In this document: positions 19,259-28,440 of the stretch, piece after piece | How positions within the stretch are numbered: the stretch's first letter is position 1 | Layout of the letters: every line of letters begins with the position of its first letter | Source: Methanococcus maripaludis | GTDB taxonomy: Archaea; AGJL01; Methanococci; Methanococcales; Methanococcaceae | Reading direction: 5' to 3' | Assembly (NCBI RefSeq): GCF_002945325.1 | Contig: NZ_CP026606.1 | Coordinates: 120,001-152,000, forward strand | Length of the DNA stretch: 32,000 nucleotides | Notes under the pieces: generated by a model | Seen by the model: the letters and a program-made list of their open reading frames with translations, nothing else | Databases searched by the model: none | Told to the model about the DNA's origin: nothing | Translations under genes and position numbers: made by a program

Positions 19259-19888
19259 ATGTATTACTGTGCACTCTGTAATTTAAAGGCTTGTAAATTG
19301 GGTGAACTTGAAAAAATGCCTAAAAAATGTCCAAATTCTGCCAAAATTATTGAAAAAAGTAAAGAATTATATTTAGAAGAAGAAAATGAAAAAATTGCAT
19401 ATAATTCTGCGCTTGTGGAGTCAGAAGGCTACTGTAAACTTACCCGAATTGAAGAAACTATTTTGTTTGCGAAAAAAATGAATTATAAAAAATTAGGAAT
19501 TGCATTTTGCACAGGACTTTCAAACGAAGCTAAAATTTTACAAGACATATTTTTGAATCATGATTTTGATGTTGAATCCGTTGTTTGTAAGTGCGGAAGT
19601 ATCCCAAAAGAATTCATAAAAATAACGGAAAATGAAAAAGTTCATAAAGGTGAATATGAAGCAATGTGTAACCCTATCGGCCAAGCATTATTTTTAAACG
19701 AAACAAAAACAGATTTAAATATTATACTGGGCTTGTGTGTGGGCCATGATTCTTTATTTATAAAATATTCAAAAGCGCCTGTTACAGTAATCAGTGTTAA
19801 AGATCGGGTTTTGGGCCATAACCCATTAGCTGCGATTTATACATCAAATAGCTATTATAAAGAAAAATTATTCAAAAATAAAGAATAG
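19259..19888 (+). CDS. Cys-rich putative metal-binding protein, DUF1847-like
   Basis: N-terminal 'MYYCALCNLKACKLGELEKMPKKCP', then 'LGIAFCTGLSNEAKIL', 'SVVCKCGSI', 'MCNPIGQALFLN', 'NIILGLCVGHDSLFIKYSKAPVTVISVKDRVLGHNP'. Confidence 0.7.
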   Translation: MYYCALCNLKACKLGELEKMPKKCPNSAKIIEKSKELYLEEENEKIAYNSALVESEGYCKLTRIEETILFAKKMNYKKLGIAFCTGLSNEAKILQDIFLNHDFDVESVVCKCGSIPKEFIKITENEKVHKGEYEAMCNPIGQALFLNETKTDLNIILGLCVGHDSLFIKYSKAPVTVISVKDRVLGHNPLAAIYTSNSYYKEKLFKNKE

Positions 19889-19928
19889 AAAAATAAAAAA
19901 ATAAATCCGCTATTTTTTAATTTATAAA

Positions 19929-21194
19929 TTATTTTATGCCATAATTATTATTTTTCAAAGTATACACAACAGTTCCAAAAAGCATTGCTAAAATGATTAA
20001 TATTACCATTTTTGAAGAAAATAAAAACATTAACAGGAACGAAACCAATAAAAATACTGCAAATCCTTTTTCCATTACGTTTTCAAAAACTTTTATCGAT
20101 GCTACCGCCGCCATTATTATATTCGTAATTAAAAATGCGTTTACTGCCGCAATTATTTCGTTAAATGAAATTAAATTAAAATAAACTGCGAATAGTGTTA
20201 AAAAGTTTGCAAAAACCATCAGCAATACTGCTGAAAGCGGAGCATTTGTATTTGAGCGGTATTTAAAAATTTTTGGAAATACGCCATCTTTAGCTTGTGC
20301 ATAAACTAATCTTGATGCTCCACCGATTAACATCAGGAAACTACATAAACAAAGTCCTGTTATAGTAAGTGATAATATAATACTGGAGTACTGCCCAAAT
20401 AATGGATATAATATTAATGAAATTCCAGAAATTGGATCTATCAATCCAAGTTTTTTAATATCCAACACCTGCAGAGCCCCAGATACTATCAAGTAAACTA
20501 TGGACATTGCAATTACACTTACTAAAGCTGCTTTCGGGATTGTTTTTTCAGGATTTTCAACTTCAAGGCTGTAATTTCCAAGTATTTCCCAACCGATAAT
20601 TGACCAGAACATTATCAAAAACGAGTAGCCTACATCAATTGTACTTATTCCTGTTCCCGTAAACAGCGCATCCTTTCTATAAAATAAAATTGTAAAAAGC
20701 CCGCCAACTACAAGTATTGTAGAAATTACTGTTGAAATAAGCATTGAAATTTTACCAACGGATGAAATATTTCTTGAAAGGATTATTCCGCCAATTAGCA
20801 TCAATACTGCTGAATAAAATTCTGCCCCAAATGAATAATTTGAAAATAATACTGAAAGATACTCTCCGGCAACCATTATCACAACTAACGGAGCCATTGC
20901 CATTGCAATTAGAAGATAGTATGCATTTAAATTTTTATACGATTTTCCAAAAGAATGGCCTACAACTTCCGTTAAACCAGAATCTCCTGGAAATTTTAAA
21001 CATAATTTGCTTGCAAAATACGCAAAAACCCCGCCAATAGTCATCATGATTACCCATGCAAAAATAGAGTAATCTTTTAAAATATCGTAAACTATCGGTG
21101 GTATTATTACTATTCCTGATCCGAGTATTGGCCCCACGATAAGTCCGCTTAATGTATAGGGCCCCAATTTTTTAGAACTCATAGATATTCCCAT
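19929..21194 (-). CDS. Amino acid permease (APC superfamily)
   Basis: 421 aa polytopic; 'LGPYTLSGLIVGPILGSGIVIIPP', 'WAWIIGWEILGNYSLEVENPEKTIPKA'-like APC motifs. Confidence 0.82.
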   Translation of the reverse strand: MGISMSSKKLGPYTLSGLIVGPILGSGIVIIPPIVYDILKDYSIFAWVIMMTIGGVFAYFASKLCLKFPGDSGLTEVVGHSFGKSYKNLNAYYLLIAMAMAPLVVIMVAGEYLSVLFSNYSFGAEFYSAVLMLIGGIILSRNISSVGKISMLISTVISTILVVGGLFTILFYRKDALFTGTGISTIDVGYSFLIMFWSIIGWEILGNYSLEVENPEKTIPKAALVSVIAMSIVYLIVSGALQVLDIKKLGLIDPISGISLILYPLFGQYSSIILSLTITGLCLCSFLMLIGGASRLVYAQAKDGVFPKIFKYRSNTNAPLSAVLLMVFANFLTLFAVYFNLISFNEIIAAVNAFLITNIIMAAVASIKVFENVMEKGFAVFLLVSFLLMFLFSSKMVILIILAMLFGTVVYTLKNNNYGIK

Positions 21195-21244
21195 ATATTC
21201 CTTTAATTACTTACGTTTTTCATTTTTAACTTAATTTAAATTTA

Positions 21245-21868
21245 TTATTTACTCGAAAGTGCCAGCTGAATCCCAATTGCACCAAATATTCCTGCTTTAG
21301 CCAGATTGATATATTTTCCACATTTTTGGCTGTTTAATATTTTTTCTCCAAAAATGCTTGAGAATACTGCAACCGCTGAAAAAATTAAGATTGCCTGAAT
21401 CATGAAAATAACGCCCAATAGTATCATCTGAATCGGAACGCTTCCAGAATTTGGATTTACAAACTGGGGAAGAAATGCGAGGAAAAATAACGAAACTTTC
21501 GGGTTTAATAAATTCATAAATATTCCTTTTTTATAAAGTGCAGTGTTTTCTGATTTAACTACTGATTCAGTTATTACTACATTTTTATCAAATAATGCGA
21601 GAACTGCAAGGTAAAGCAAATACAAAGCTCCAAGATATTTTACAATCGTAAATGCAAACGCAGAATTGTAGATTATCGCAGAAATTCCAAGTGCTGCTGC
21701 AGTAGTGTGAACTATAAGTCCCGTACAAAGTCCAAGTGCTGTTGAAATCCCTGCCCATTTTCCCTGAGAAATACTTTGAATGGTTACAAATATTATGTCA
21801 GGCCCTGGAAGAATGGTAAGTGCAGCCGATGCAATCACAAAATAAAAAACTTGTGTAGATTCAATCAT
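21245..21868 (-). CDS. LysE/RhtB family amino-acid exporter
   Basis: 'ALTILPGPDIIFVTIQSISQGKWAGISTALGLCTGLIVHTTAAALGISAI', 'FLAFLPQFV'. Likely start at ATG 21868 (MIESTQVFYF), not the ORF start at 21982. Confidence 0.88.
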   Translation of the reverse strand: MIESTQVFYFVIASAALTILPGPDIIFVTIQSISQGKWAGISTALGLCTGLIVHTTAAALGISAIIYNSAFAFTIVKYLGALYLLYLAVLALFDKNVVITESVVKSENTALYKKGIFMNLLNPKVSLFFLAFLPQFVNPNSGSVPIQMILLGVIFMIQAILIFSAVAVFSSIFGEKILNSQKCGKYINLAKAGIFGAIGIQLALSSK

Positions 21869-22121
21869 TGTGACACCATAATTTTTTAGGTATTCAGTTA
21901 TGTATTCATGATATTTAACCCCTGTGGGCAATTTTAACGTATTTCGATTAATCAATCTTTTAAAAATAGATTTACAATTCAAATAAACATTTATATGGCT
22001 AAATATATAATTTAATACACAAAATCTTCTTAAATATAAAATAACTGAATAAACGGGGAATAAATGGACATTAAATAACTTAAATTTTTAAGCAATAATA
22101 TATTTTTAAAAGGTGGGGGCT

Positions 22122-22595
22122 TTGAAAAATATTAAAACAATTGTTTTTGGCATGGGCTGTTTTTGGGGAGCAGAAGAAGTATTTAGAAAGGTTAATGGCG
22201 TAGTTTCAACAGAAGTTGGATTCATGGGGGGAATTATCAAAAATCCGACATACGGGCAGGTATGCAGGGGAAAATCAGGACATATCGAGGTAGTTAAAAT
22301 AGATTATGAGCCTGAAATAATATCTTATGATGAATTATTAGATCTATTTTGGAATAATCACAACCCGACTACGCCAAACAAACAGGGCTGGGATGTTGGG
22401 GAACAGTATTCTTCATATATTTTTTATTTTGACGATGAACAGAAGTTAATTGCTGAAAAATCTCTTGAAAAAATGCAAGAACATACGGATTCAAAAATAG
22501 TAACGAATATCAAAAAAGCAGGGAACTTTTACCCTGCCGAAGAATACCACCAGAAATATTTCATGAAAAAGAATAATTCTATTTTAAATTTTTAA
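22122..22595 (+). CDS. msrA: Peptide methionine-S-sulfoxide reductase A
   Basis: '[30 protein letters not shown]' active-site motif, '[27 protein letters not shown]'-like region. SD GGTGGGGG before TTG 22122. Confidence 0.92.
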   Translation: MKNIKTIVFGMGCFWGAEEVFRKVNGVVSTEVGFMGGIIKNPTYGQVCRGKSGHIEVVKIDYEPEIISYDELLDLFWNNHNPTTPNKQGWDVGEQYSSYIFYFDDEQKLIAEKSLEKMQEHTDSKIVTNIKKAGNFYPAEEYHQKYFMKKNNSILNF

Positions 22596-22668
22596 ATTTC
22601 GATTAATTTATCATTAAATTTAAATTCGAAATCTAATTAATATTAAATTTAAAATTTTGGAAGATAAT

Positions 22669-23268
22669 ATGCTTTTTAAGAAAATTGAAGCTGTTTTAGT
22701 TATAATAATGATGTTTACTGGATTTTCAGTATATTATTCTGAAAAAATTTCAGAACAGATTTCATCTTCCAAACCGGCGATATTTGAAATTCAGGGCGAT
22801 AAAGCCGTGATGGTTGGAATAATAAATGAAAACATAGTATTAGAAGTAGAAAATCTTGTAAACAGCCACCCAAACGTTAAAACTATTGTAATGTTGAATG
22901 TTCCAGGATCCATTAACAGCCATGCTAATTTAAAAGCTGCACGAATCGTTCGAAAAAACAACATAAGTACGATTGTTCCAAAAAATGGTTACATCGCATC
23001 AGGAGGTACTGTTTTTTTCTGCGCTGGTGTGAATAGGTCGATTGAAGAAGGTGCGAAAGTAGGGGTTCATTCTTGGAAAAATGATATTATAAAAGATGCT
23101 TCAAAAATACCTAAAGAAAGTTCAGTTCATAAGCCATACGTTGATTATTTTAATGAAATGGGAATATCTGATGAATTTTACTGGTTTATGATTGGTTCAT
23201 CCCCTTCTTTTGGAATGCACTATATGAATGATTATGAAATAAAAAAATACGGACTCATTACTAATTAA
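22669..23268 (+). CDS. Membrane-anchored ClpP/SppA-like serine protease domain protein
   Basis: N-terminal TM, then crotonase/ClpP-fold-like sequence with 'GYIASGGTVFFCAGVNRSIEEGAKVGVHSW' (putative Ser nucleophile). Confidence 0.65.
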   Translation: MLFKKIEAVLVIIMMFTGFSVYYSEKISEQISSSKPAIFEIQGDKAVMVGIINENIVLEVENLVNSHPNVKTIVMLNVPGSINSHANLKAARIVRKNNISTIVPKNGYIASGGTVFFCAGVNRSIEEGAKVGVHSWKNDIIKDASKIPKESSVHKPYVDYFNEMGISDEFYWFMIGSSPSFGMHYMNDYEIKKYGLITN

Positions 23269-23316
23269 TTTAAAAATAATCCAAAATATGTTAAAATTTA
23301 AAAAAGATAATCTATT

Positions 23317-23586
23317 TTAAAAATTTTTAAGTTTCGATGTTTTTATTTCTGCGATTTTTAAAAAACCAATTAATGCAATCGCTGAAATGGCCCCGAATTT
23401 AGAAATATCTATTAATACATCATTTCCAAAATATGTTAAAAATACACCAGCAAATAAAGCGCTGTATTTGGCAAAAATATCTGGAGTGAGTATCTTAAAA
23501 ATAAAATAAAGCGTTGTAACGATAAGTAGTGGAGCAGTTACAATCAAAGCAACGTACCCCCTGATTTTGGGACCCGTGTAGTTCAT
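23317..23586 (-). CDS. Small predicted membrane protein, unknown function
   Basis: 89 aa with two to three TM segments, TATA-like element and palindrome upstream; convergent with the protease gene. Confidence 0.6.
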   Translation of the reverse strand: MNYTGPKIRGYVALIVTAPLLIVTTLYFIFKILTPDIFAKYSALFAGVFLTYFGNDVLIDISKFGAISAIALIGFLKIAEIKTSKLKNF

Positions 23587-23647
23587 AAAACCACCCTCAG
23601 TAGTACGTTTTAATATTTAATTATAGCAATATATATAATTTGCCCAT

Positions 23648-23661
23648 TTTTAGGCCTAAAA
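23648..23661. repeat. Perfect 14-nt palindrome TTTTAGGCCTAAAA
   Basis: Read directly; sits just upstream of a TATA-like stretch (about 23628-23638) of the leftward membrane protein gene. Confidence 0.6.
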
Positions 23662-23823
23662 TCTGACTTTATCAGTTCAAATATTCAGAGGAATATTGAA
23701 TGAAATGAATGTTCAAATTAGCTAGATTTTATTTTAATTTTTAAAAAATTAAAAAAATCTAAATCAAAAAATTAATATTGTAGTCCACCAAATTAATTTT
23801 AAACATTTTTAAAAAGGGATTTT

Positions 23824-24180
23824 ATGAATTTTAAACAAAATCTACAAGATATATCTCGATTTTTAATTTATGCAAATAATGCAGTATTTATCGTTGTTTC
23901 GTACATTATCTTCAAGATTTATACACTAATAATCAAAGATGAATACAAAATAGGAAAAATAGAAAATATTTTGTGGCTTATCTGGTTTTTAAGCTCGTTT
24001 TTGATAACCTTTTTCTTCATATATATCGAAATATTGAATAATATTGGCAGTGTCCACGATTTATCAAAATTGTTTGATTTAAAGTTCTTTTTAAACGCCG
24101 TTATCCCAATTTTAACGCTTTTACTCGGGAATATTAAAAATGGACTGCTTGAAAAATGGAATAGGCTTTCGGACAGCTAA
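23824..24180 (+). CDS. Small predicted membrane protein, unknown function
   Basis: 118 aa with several TM segments, ATG preceded by AAAGGGA. Confidence 0.6.
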   Translation: MNFKQNLQDISRFLIYANNAVFIVVSYIIFKIYTLIIKDEYKIGKIENILWLIWFLSSFLITFFFIYIEILNNIGSVHDLSKLFDLKFFLNAVIPILTLLLGNIKNGLLEKWNRLSDS

Positions 24181-24214
24181 AAAAATATGAAAAATATAGA
24201 TAATATTATTTAAA

Positions 24215-24949
24215 TTAATCTCTGCTTCTCAATTTTGAAAGTAATTTCAAAATTTCAAGATATAACCAGATTAATGTCACCATTAATCCAAATGCGCCAT
24301 ACCATTCCATATATTTAGGAGCACCGTATTTTTCACCCTGTTCAATAAAATCAAAATCTAAAACAAGATTTAAAGCGGCAATTATTACTACAAAAATACT
24401 AAATAATATCCCAACTGGCCCGCTTCCAAATATCAGCGGAATAGATATTCCAAAAAATCCCAAGATTATTGAAACAAGGTATACAAGTGCAATACCACCT
24501 GTTGCAGCAACTACTCCCAATTTAAAGTTTTCAGTTGCACGGATTAATTTTGATTTGTAAGCGAGTAAAAGGCTCAGTAAAACGCCAAAAGTAGCTACAA
24601 CTGCTTGAAAAACAATTCCTGGATACATAAGTTCAAAAAACCCGGAAATAAGTCCTAAAAATAGTCCTTCGAGTATACAATATACTGGAACGGTAGCGGG
24701 AGACCATTCTTTTTTAAATATGGTCGCAAGTGCCACTAAAAAACCAAGAATTGGTGCTGCTATCAAAAATATAGTTGAATAGGGGCTAAAAAATAACACA
24801 TCCCATGAAAAATATGCCGAGATAGAAACTATTCCAAGTGAAATTATTGTTTTGTTTACAGTTCCGTTTACAGTCATCTGCTGGTTTTGTTCATAATTGT
24901 TAAATCCAGTAAATGTATCACTTGAAAGGGCAGGATTACTTGTTCTCAT
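24215..24949 (-). CDS. Bax inhibitor-1/YccA-like membrane protein
   Basis: MRTSNPALSSDTF..., 'TVNGTVNKTIISLGIVSISAYFSWDV' and seven TM-like segments resemble the Bax1-I/YccA-like family. ATG 24949 preferred over 24958. Confidence 0.75.
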   Translation of the reverse strand: MRTSNPALSSDTFTGFNNYEQNQQMTVNGTVNKTIISLGIVSISAYFSWDVLFFSPYSTIFLIAAPILGFLVALATIFKKEWSPATVPVYCILEGLFLGLISGFFELMYPGIVFQAVVATFGVLLSLLLAYKSKLIRATENFKLGVVAATGGIALVYLVSIILGFFGISIPLIFGSGPVGILFSIFVVIIAALNLVLDFDFIEQGEKYGAPKYMEWYGAFGLMVTLIWLYLEILKLLSKLRSRD

Positions 24950-25010
24950 ATTTACCAACCAAAATTTTTTATTTTATTTAAAAAAAGATAAATTATAAAG
25001 ACCAGTAATT

Positions 25011-25247
25011 TTAGTTTCGATTAAGACTCTTTAAAACTTTTCTTCCTTCATCCGATAAATTAAATACTACAATATTTTCATTAGTCCTGATTTCGATAAA
25101 TCCCATATCAATCAATTTTGCAAGATCTTCAGAACTTATTTTCATATTTTCTTTTGTTGAAATTACTTCGGAAAAAACATTATCATTAATATATTTGAGA
25201 GTTTCTAAAATTCCGTCTTTTAACAAAATATCTTCCAAGTATACCAC
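25011..25247 (-). CDS. Small winged-helix-like protein, unknown function
   Basis: 78 aa; 'ILETLKYINDNVF...ISSEDLAKLIDMGFIEIRTNENIVVFNLSDEGRKVLKSL' reads like a wHTH domain. Confidence 0.6.
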   Translation of the reverse strand: MVYLEDILLKDGILETLKYINDNVFSEVISTKENMKISSEDLAKLIDMGFIEIRTNENIVVFNLSDEGRKVLKSLNRN

Positions 25248-25336
25248 CGTTGATAAGCAAAATTAGTTATATTCAATACAATGGCTACTTTGATTTAAAC
25301 CTTTTGATAACGATTTTTAAACATTCAATACTAATC

Positions 25337-25744
25337 TCAATTTAAATTTAAATCTTTTTTTAACGATTCATAGAGTTTTTTCATTGAAATGTAATTTCCA
25401 ATAAGTATAATTGGTTTATAGCCGGTAACGTATATTTTAATCTGGGTTGAAAACAGTGCGGCAATGAATATTAAAACCGTCATTATCATATGATATGCCC
25501 TTAAATCAAGAATTGCATAATATAACGAATAACTTATCTCTTTTGAAACCGTCAAGAGTATATTTGAAGAGATATACCACAAAACTCCGATTAAAAGCAT
25601 TATGTAGTTTCCACGAGTATCTAATTCAATAGCAGATACATCGTCTATTTTAGCAGAAATATTTTGGAAAAATGTTTTTACCATAAATATAGTTTCATGG
25701 ATACTGATTTTTGTAAAACCCATATTGTAATTCATTTTAACCAC
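25337..25744 (-). CDS. Predicted membrane protein, possible PH-like domain
   Basis: 135 aa with two TM segments; N-terminal 'NISAKIDDVSAIELDTRGN'. Confidence 0.5.
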   Translation of the reverse strand: MVKMNYNMGFTKISIHETIFMVKTFFQNISAKIDDVSAIELDTRGNYIMLLIGVLWYISSNILLTVSKEISYSLYYAILDLRAYHMIMTVLIFIAALFSTQIKIYVTGYKPIILIGNYISMKKLYESLKKDLNLN

Positions 25745-25794
25745 TTTTAAAATTATACTTAAAAATATATTAAAAAAAGAATTTAAGATTTTGT

Positions 25795-26649
25795 TTATAA
25801 TTCGTGATTAAACTCTTCTATTTTTTTGAGATTTTTAGAAACGAAGTAATTAGTGTATGCCCTGTATGAATAAAATGATACATAAACTGCAACTATTGAA
25901 AATACAATAAATGCAAAGAGGGCTACAACTAAGAGTAACGGACTTGCAATAAAAAGCATTTTAGGGCCCGTATACATGTTCATTCCAAAAAATCCAATTA
26001 ATGGAAAAATTACCAAAATCATCGGGATTATCATGAGCAGTATTGAGATTATCGAAACTACAATAAACATACCCAAATATTCAAAGGACATCATTTTAAA
26101 AATTTTGGGGATATCAAAAAATGCACCAAAATTGTCCTCATGTGCAAAATTTACTACAGAAAGCGGAATATATAATGAAATAATTAGCTGGATAATCATT
26201 GAAAGTACAATTGATGCAATGCCATCATTTCCAAAATATGTCATAATATTCTGAAGAATTGTTCCAAAAACTGCAATTACGGCAATTCCCAGCGTAAATA
26301 CAACTCCATTCTTAAGCAGATCCCAATAATTGGCCCATTCTGGAAGTTCTAATGATTTTTCAAGGGATAATTTAATCATTTTTAATATGTAGCCATTTAA
26401 AACAATGAGAAGACCTAAACCCAGTAACGAAGCAAAAAGAGCAACTACTGCAAATACTAAAGAATTTGTTGCAGTGCCAAATATGTGTAAATTCGCACTT
26501 GCGTACGGATACACTGCCAAAAATATTCCTAAAATAAGTAAAAAAATACTTACAGCATAAATTATTCCGCCTTTTAACAATTTTGATAAATCTGAAAGAC
26601 TATATTTTAATGGACCAAAGACGTAATTTTCAAAAAACATAAACCCACC
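25795..26649 (-). CDS. DUF4013-like polytopic membrane protein
   Basis: Multiple TM segments; 'FVFGPLKYSLSDLSKLLKGGIIYAVSIFLLILGIFLAVYPY' and 'VVNFAHEDNFGAFFDIPKIFKMM' resemble DUF4013. Start taken at an internal ATG (MFFENYVF) and is approximate. Confidence 0.6.
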   Translation of the reverse strand, partial: GGFMFFENYVFGPLKYSLSDLSKLLKGGIIYAVSIFLLILGIFLAVYPYASANLHIFGTATNSLVFAVVALFASLLGLGLLIVLNGYILKMIKLSLEKSLELPEWANYWDLLKNGVVFTLGIAVIAVFGTILQNIMTYFGNDGIASIVLSMIIQLIISLYIPLSVVNFAHEDNFGAFFDIPKIFKMMSFEYLGMFIVVSIISILLMIIPMILVIFPLIGFFGMNMYTGPKMLFIASPLLLVVALFAFIVFSIVAVYVSFYSYRAYTNYFVSKNLKKIEEFNHEL

Positions 26650-27096
26650 ATTTTTTAATGTATAATTAATTATTTTCAAAAAGAATATAAAAAAATAAAT
26701 ATTCAAGGCACTATTTTAATATGAGTTTTGAGAGTTTTCAAACATGAGCACACAATGAAGAATTCTTGAAAAAATCAAGACAGTTTATCAATTTGGGCTT
26801 TTTATTATATAATACTAAATAAAACGTTCGGAAAATGTAAAATAAAGTTTACAATTCTTTTGAAAAAGAAATAAATTTACATAATAATTTAAAAAATAAA
26901 AAAATAGATGCGGTTTAAAGAAATAGTTTTTTCGCGTTTTTCCACACACGAATATCCCCTTACCTCTGGAATTTGTAATTTCCGAGTTAATATATAGTTT
27001 AAAAATTCCCATATTTTAAATTTACGTCAGGTGTAAATTATATATTATATTTCAAAAATAAAAACAGATTTTTGTTAAAAAGATAATCGATCGACA

Positions 27097-27126
27097 ATTA
27101 GATCTAATATTTTAAGTTAGATCTAA
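27097..27126. promoter_or_regulatory. Paired palindromes ATTAGATCTAAT (27097-27108) and TTAGATCTAA (27117-27126), candidate operator
   Basis: Two copies of TTAGATCTAA with 19-bp centre spacing, upstream of the tetR-family gene. Confidence 0.5.
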
Positions 27127-27301
27127 ATTATGATCAATATGATCAAAAAATGCACGGTGTGGTCACCATCCCGTTCCCAGCATAACTAGATCGAACACTG
27201 ATATATAGTTTTCCATAAATGATCCTATTTTGACAACAAAATATACATAAATAAAATTTGGTATAATAATATTATAAAAAATCCAAAATGGGGTATAAAA
27301 T

Positions 27302-27892
27302 ATGGATACGCGGGATCAGATAATTAAAAACTCAAGAGATATATTTTTTAAAAAGGGTTATAATGAAACATCTCTTTTAGAAATTGCAAAAAAATGCAAT
27401 ATTTCAAAAGGAGGTCTTTACCATTATTTTAATAAAAAAGAAGACTTATTCCTCGAAGTTATTGTCTCAATGATAAAAGAAAACGAAAAAATTATACTAC
27501 GTTGCATTGAACAAGACATAGGATTTGAAGAGGCATTTTTTGAATTTATAGATAAAATGATTATGATACGAAGTAGATATTTTAATGAATATATCCAAAA
27601 AGATGATACTCCAACATATTCAGGACCTCTTTCCGATGCGATAAAACGATTTCCCGAAATATGGGAAGTAAATAATAATATATATGAAAACATCATAAAT
27701 GGATTAGTAAACAGGATTATAATAGGGCAAGAAAAAGGGGAAATCAAAGAAAATTTAGACCCTCATGCAATTGCACTTCATTTTTGTTCAATATATGAAG
27801 GATTACCTTTAGTTTCGTATTATACGAATAAAAAATTCGATGAAACAGCAAGAACACTGTTTAACTCATTTTGGGATATTATAAAAAATTAA
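27302..27892 (+). CDS. TetR/AcrR family transcriptional regulator
   Basis: 'RDQIIKNSRDIFFKKGYNETSLLEIAKKCNISKGGLYHYFNKKEDLFLEVI' is a classical TetR HTH. Confidence 0.95.
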   Translation: MDTRDQIIKNSRDIFFKKGYNETSLLEIAKKCNISKGGLYHYFNKKEDLFLEVIVSMIKENEKIILRCIEQDIGFEEAFFEFIDKMIMIRSRYFNEYIQKDDTPTYSGPLSDAIKRFPEIWEVNNNIYENIINGLVNRIIIGQEKGEIKENLDPHAIALHFCSIYEGLPLVSYYTNKKFDETARTLFNSFWDIIKN

Positions 27893-27908
27893 TTTTACGC
27901 GGACAAGA

Positions 27909-27926
27909 ACCGACCGGGTGGCCGGT
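27909..27926. repeat. GC-rich imperfect hairpin ACCGACC-GGGT-GGCCGGT
   Basis: Six paired bases with one mismatch, between tetR and the next gene. Confidence 0.4.
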
Positions 27927-27958
27927 AAATAATAGGAACATATGGGTGGTGAAACTTT

Positions 27959-28429
27959 ATGGAGAATATATTTGAATTTGGATTTTCAGTATTTACAGGC
28001 AATGCATATACCTCATTACTTAGATACCTTTCAAAGTACGAAAAAGCTGAAAAGAAAGGTTTTGAAAATATTACTCCCCGAGATGCTATGGAAATCGGAT
28101 TTGAAACAATGTTTATGGCCCAGATATTTGGAAAAGAACTTTCAAAAATGGAAGTTGAGGGTCCTGAAAAACTCGCGTTAAATATTGTTATGAAATATAA
28201 ACACAGGGAACTTGTTGAACCTCTCGAAAAAAACTATTTGATGTTTTCAATATGGCGAAATAAGGAAGGTTTTTTAAAATATACCTTAGAAGAAATCAGA
28301 AAAGAAAATTCAACATTGGAAAATGGTTTTGAAAAGGTAGATTGCTATCTTGTACCTTCACTAAAAGTTTTACCATATTTAAAACAGATATTTTTAAAAA
28401 TCGCGCATGAAAATAATATACACCAATAA
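27959..28429 (+). CDS. Uncharacterised protein, likely co-oriented partner of the TetR regulator
   Basis: 156 aa ORF starting with ATG, SD-like GGTGGTGA upstream, charged soluble protein; no family recognised. Confidence 0.6.
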   Translation: MENIFEFGFSVFTGNAYTSLLRYLSKYEKAEKKGFENITPRDAMEIGFETMFMAQIFGKELSKMEVEGPEKLALNIVMKYKHRELVEPLEKNYLMFSIWRNKEGFLKYTLEEIRKENSTLENGFEKVDCYLVPSLKVLPYLKQIFLKIAHENNIHQ

Positions 28430-28440
28430 AATAAAAGATT

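Noticed and set aside
26975-26990. GGAATTTGTAATTTCC near 26965-26990 as a possible NrpR operator
   Set aside because: The GGAA and TTCC half-sites are separated by 8 nt, not the 6 nt required by the NrpR consensus.
26815-27012. 65-aa minus ORF (MGIFKLYINSEITNSRGKGIF...)
   Set aside because: AT-rich, no recognisable motif, lacks convincing start context; treated as spurious.
27153-27225. GC-rich run CGGTGTGGTCACCATCCCGTTCCC...GATCGAACACTG looked like a 5S rRNA fragment
   Set aside because: Only short motif resemblance (CCATCCCG, GAACAC), out of order and without the flanking helices; I cannot support an rRNA call.
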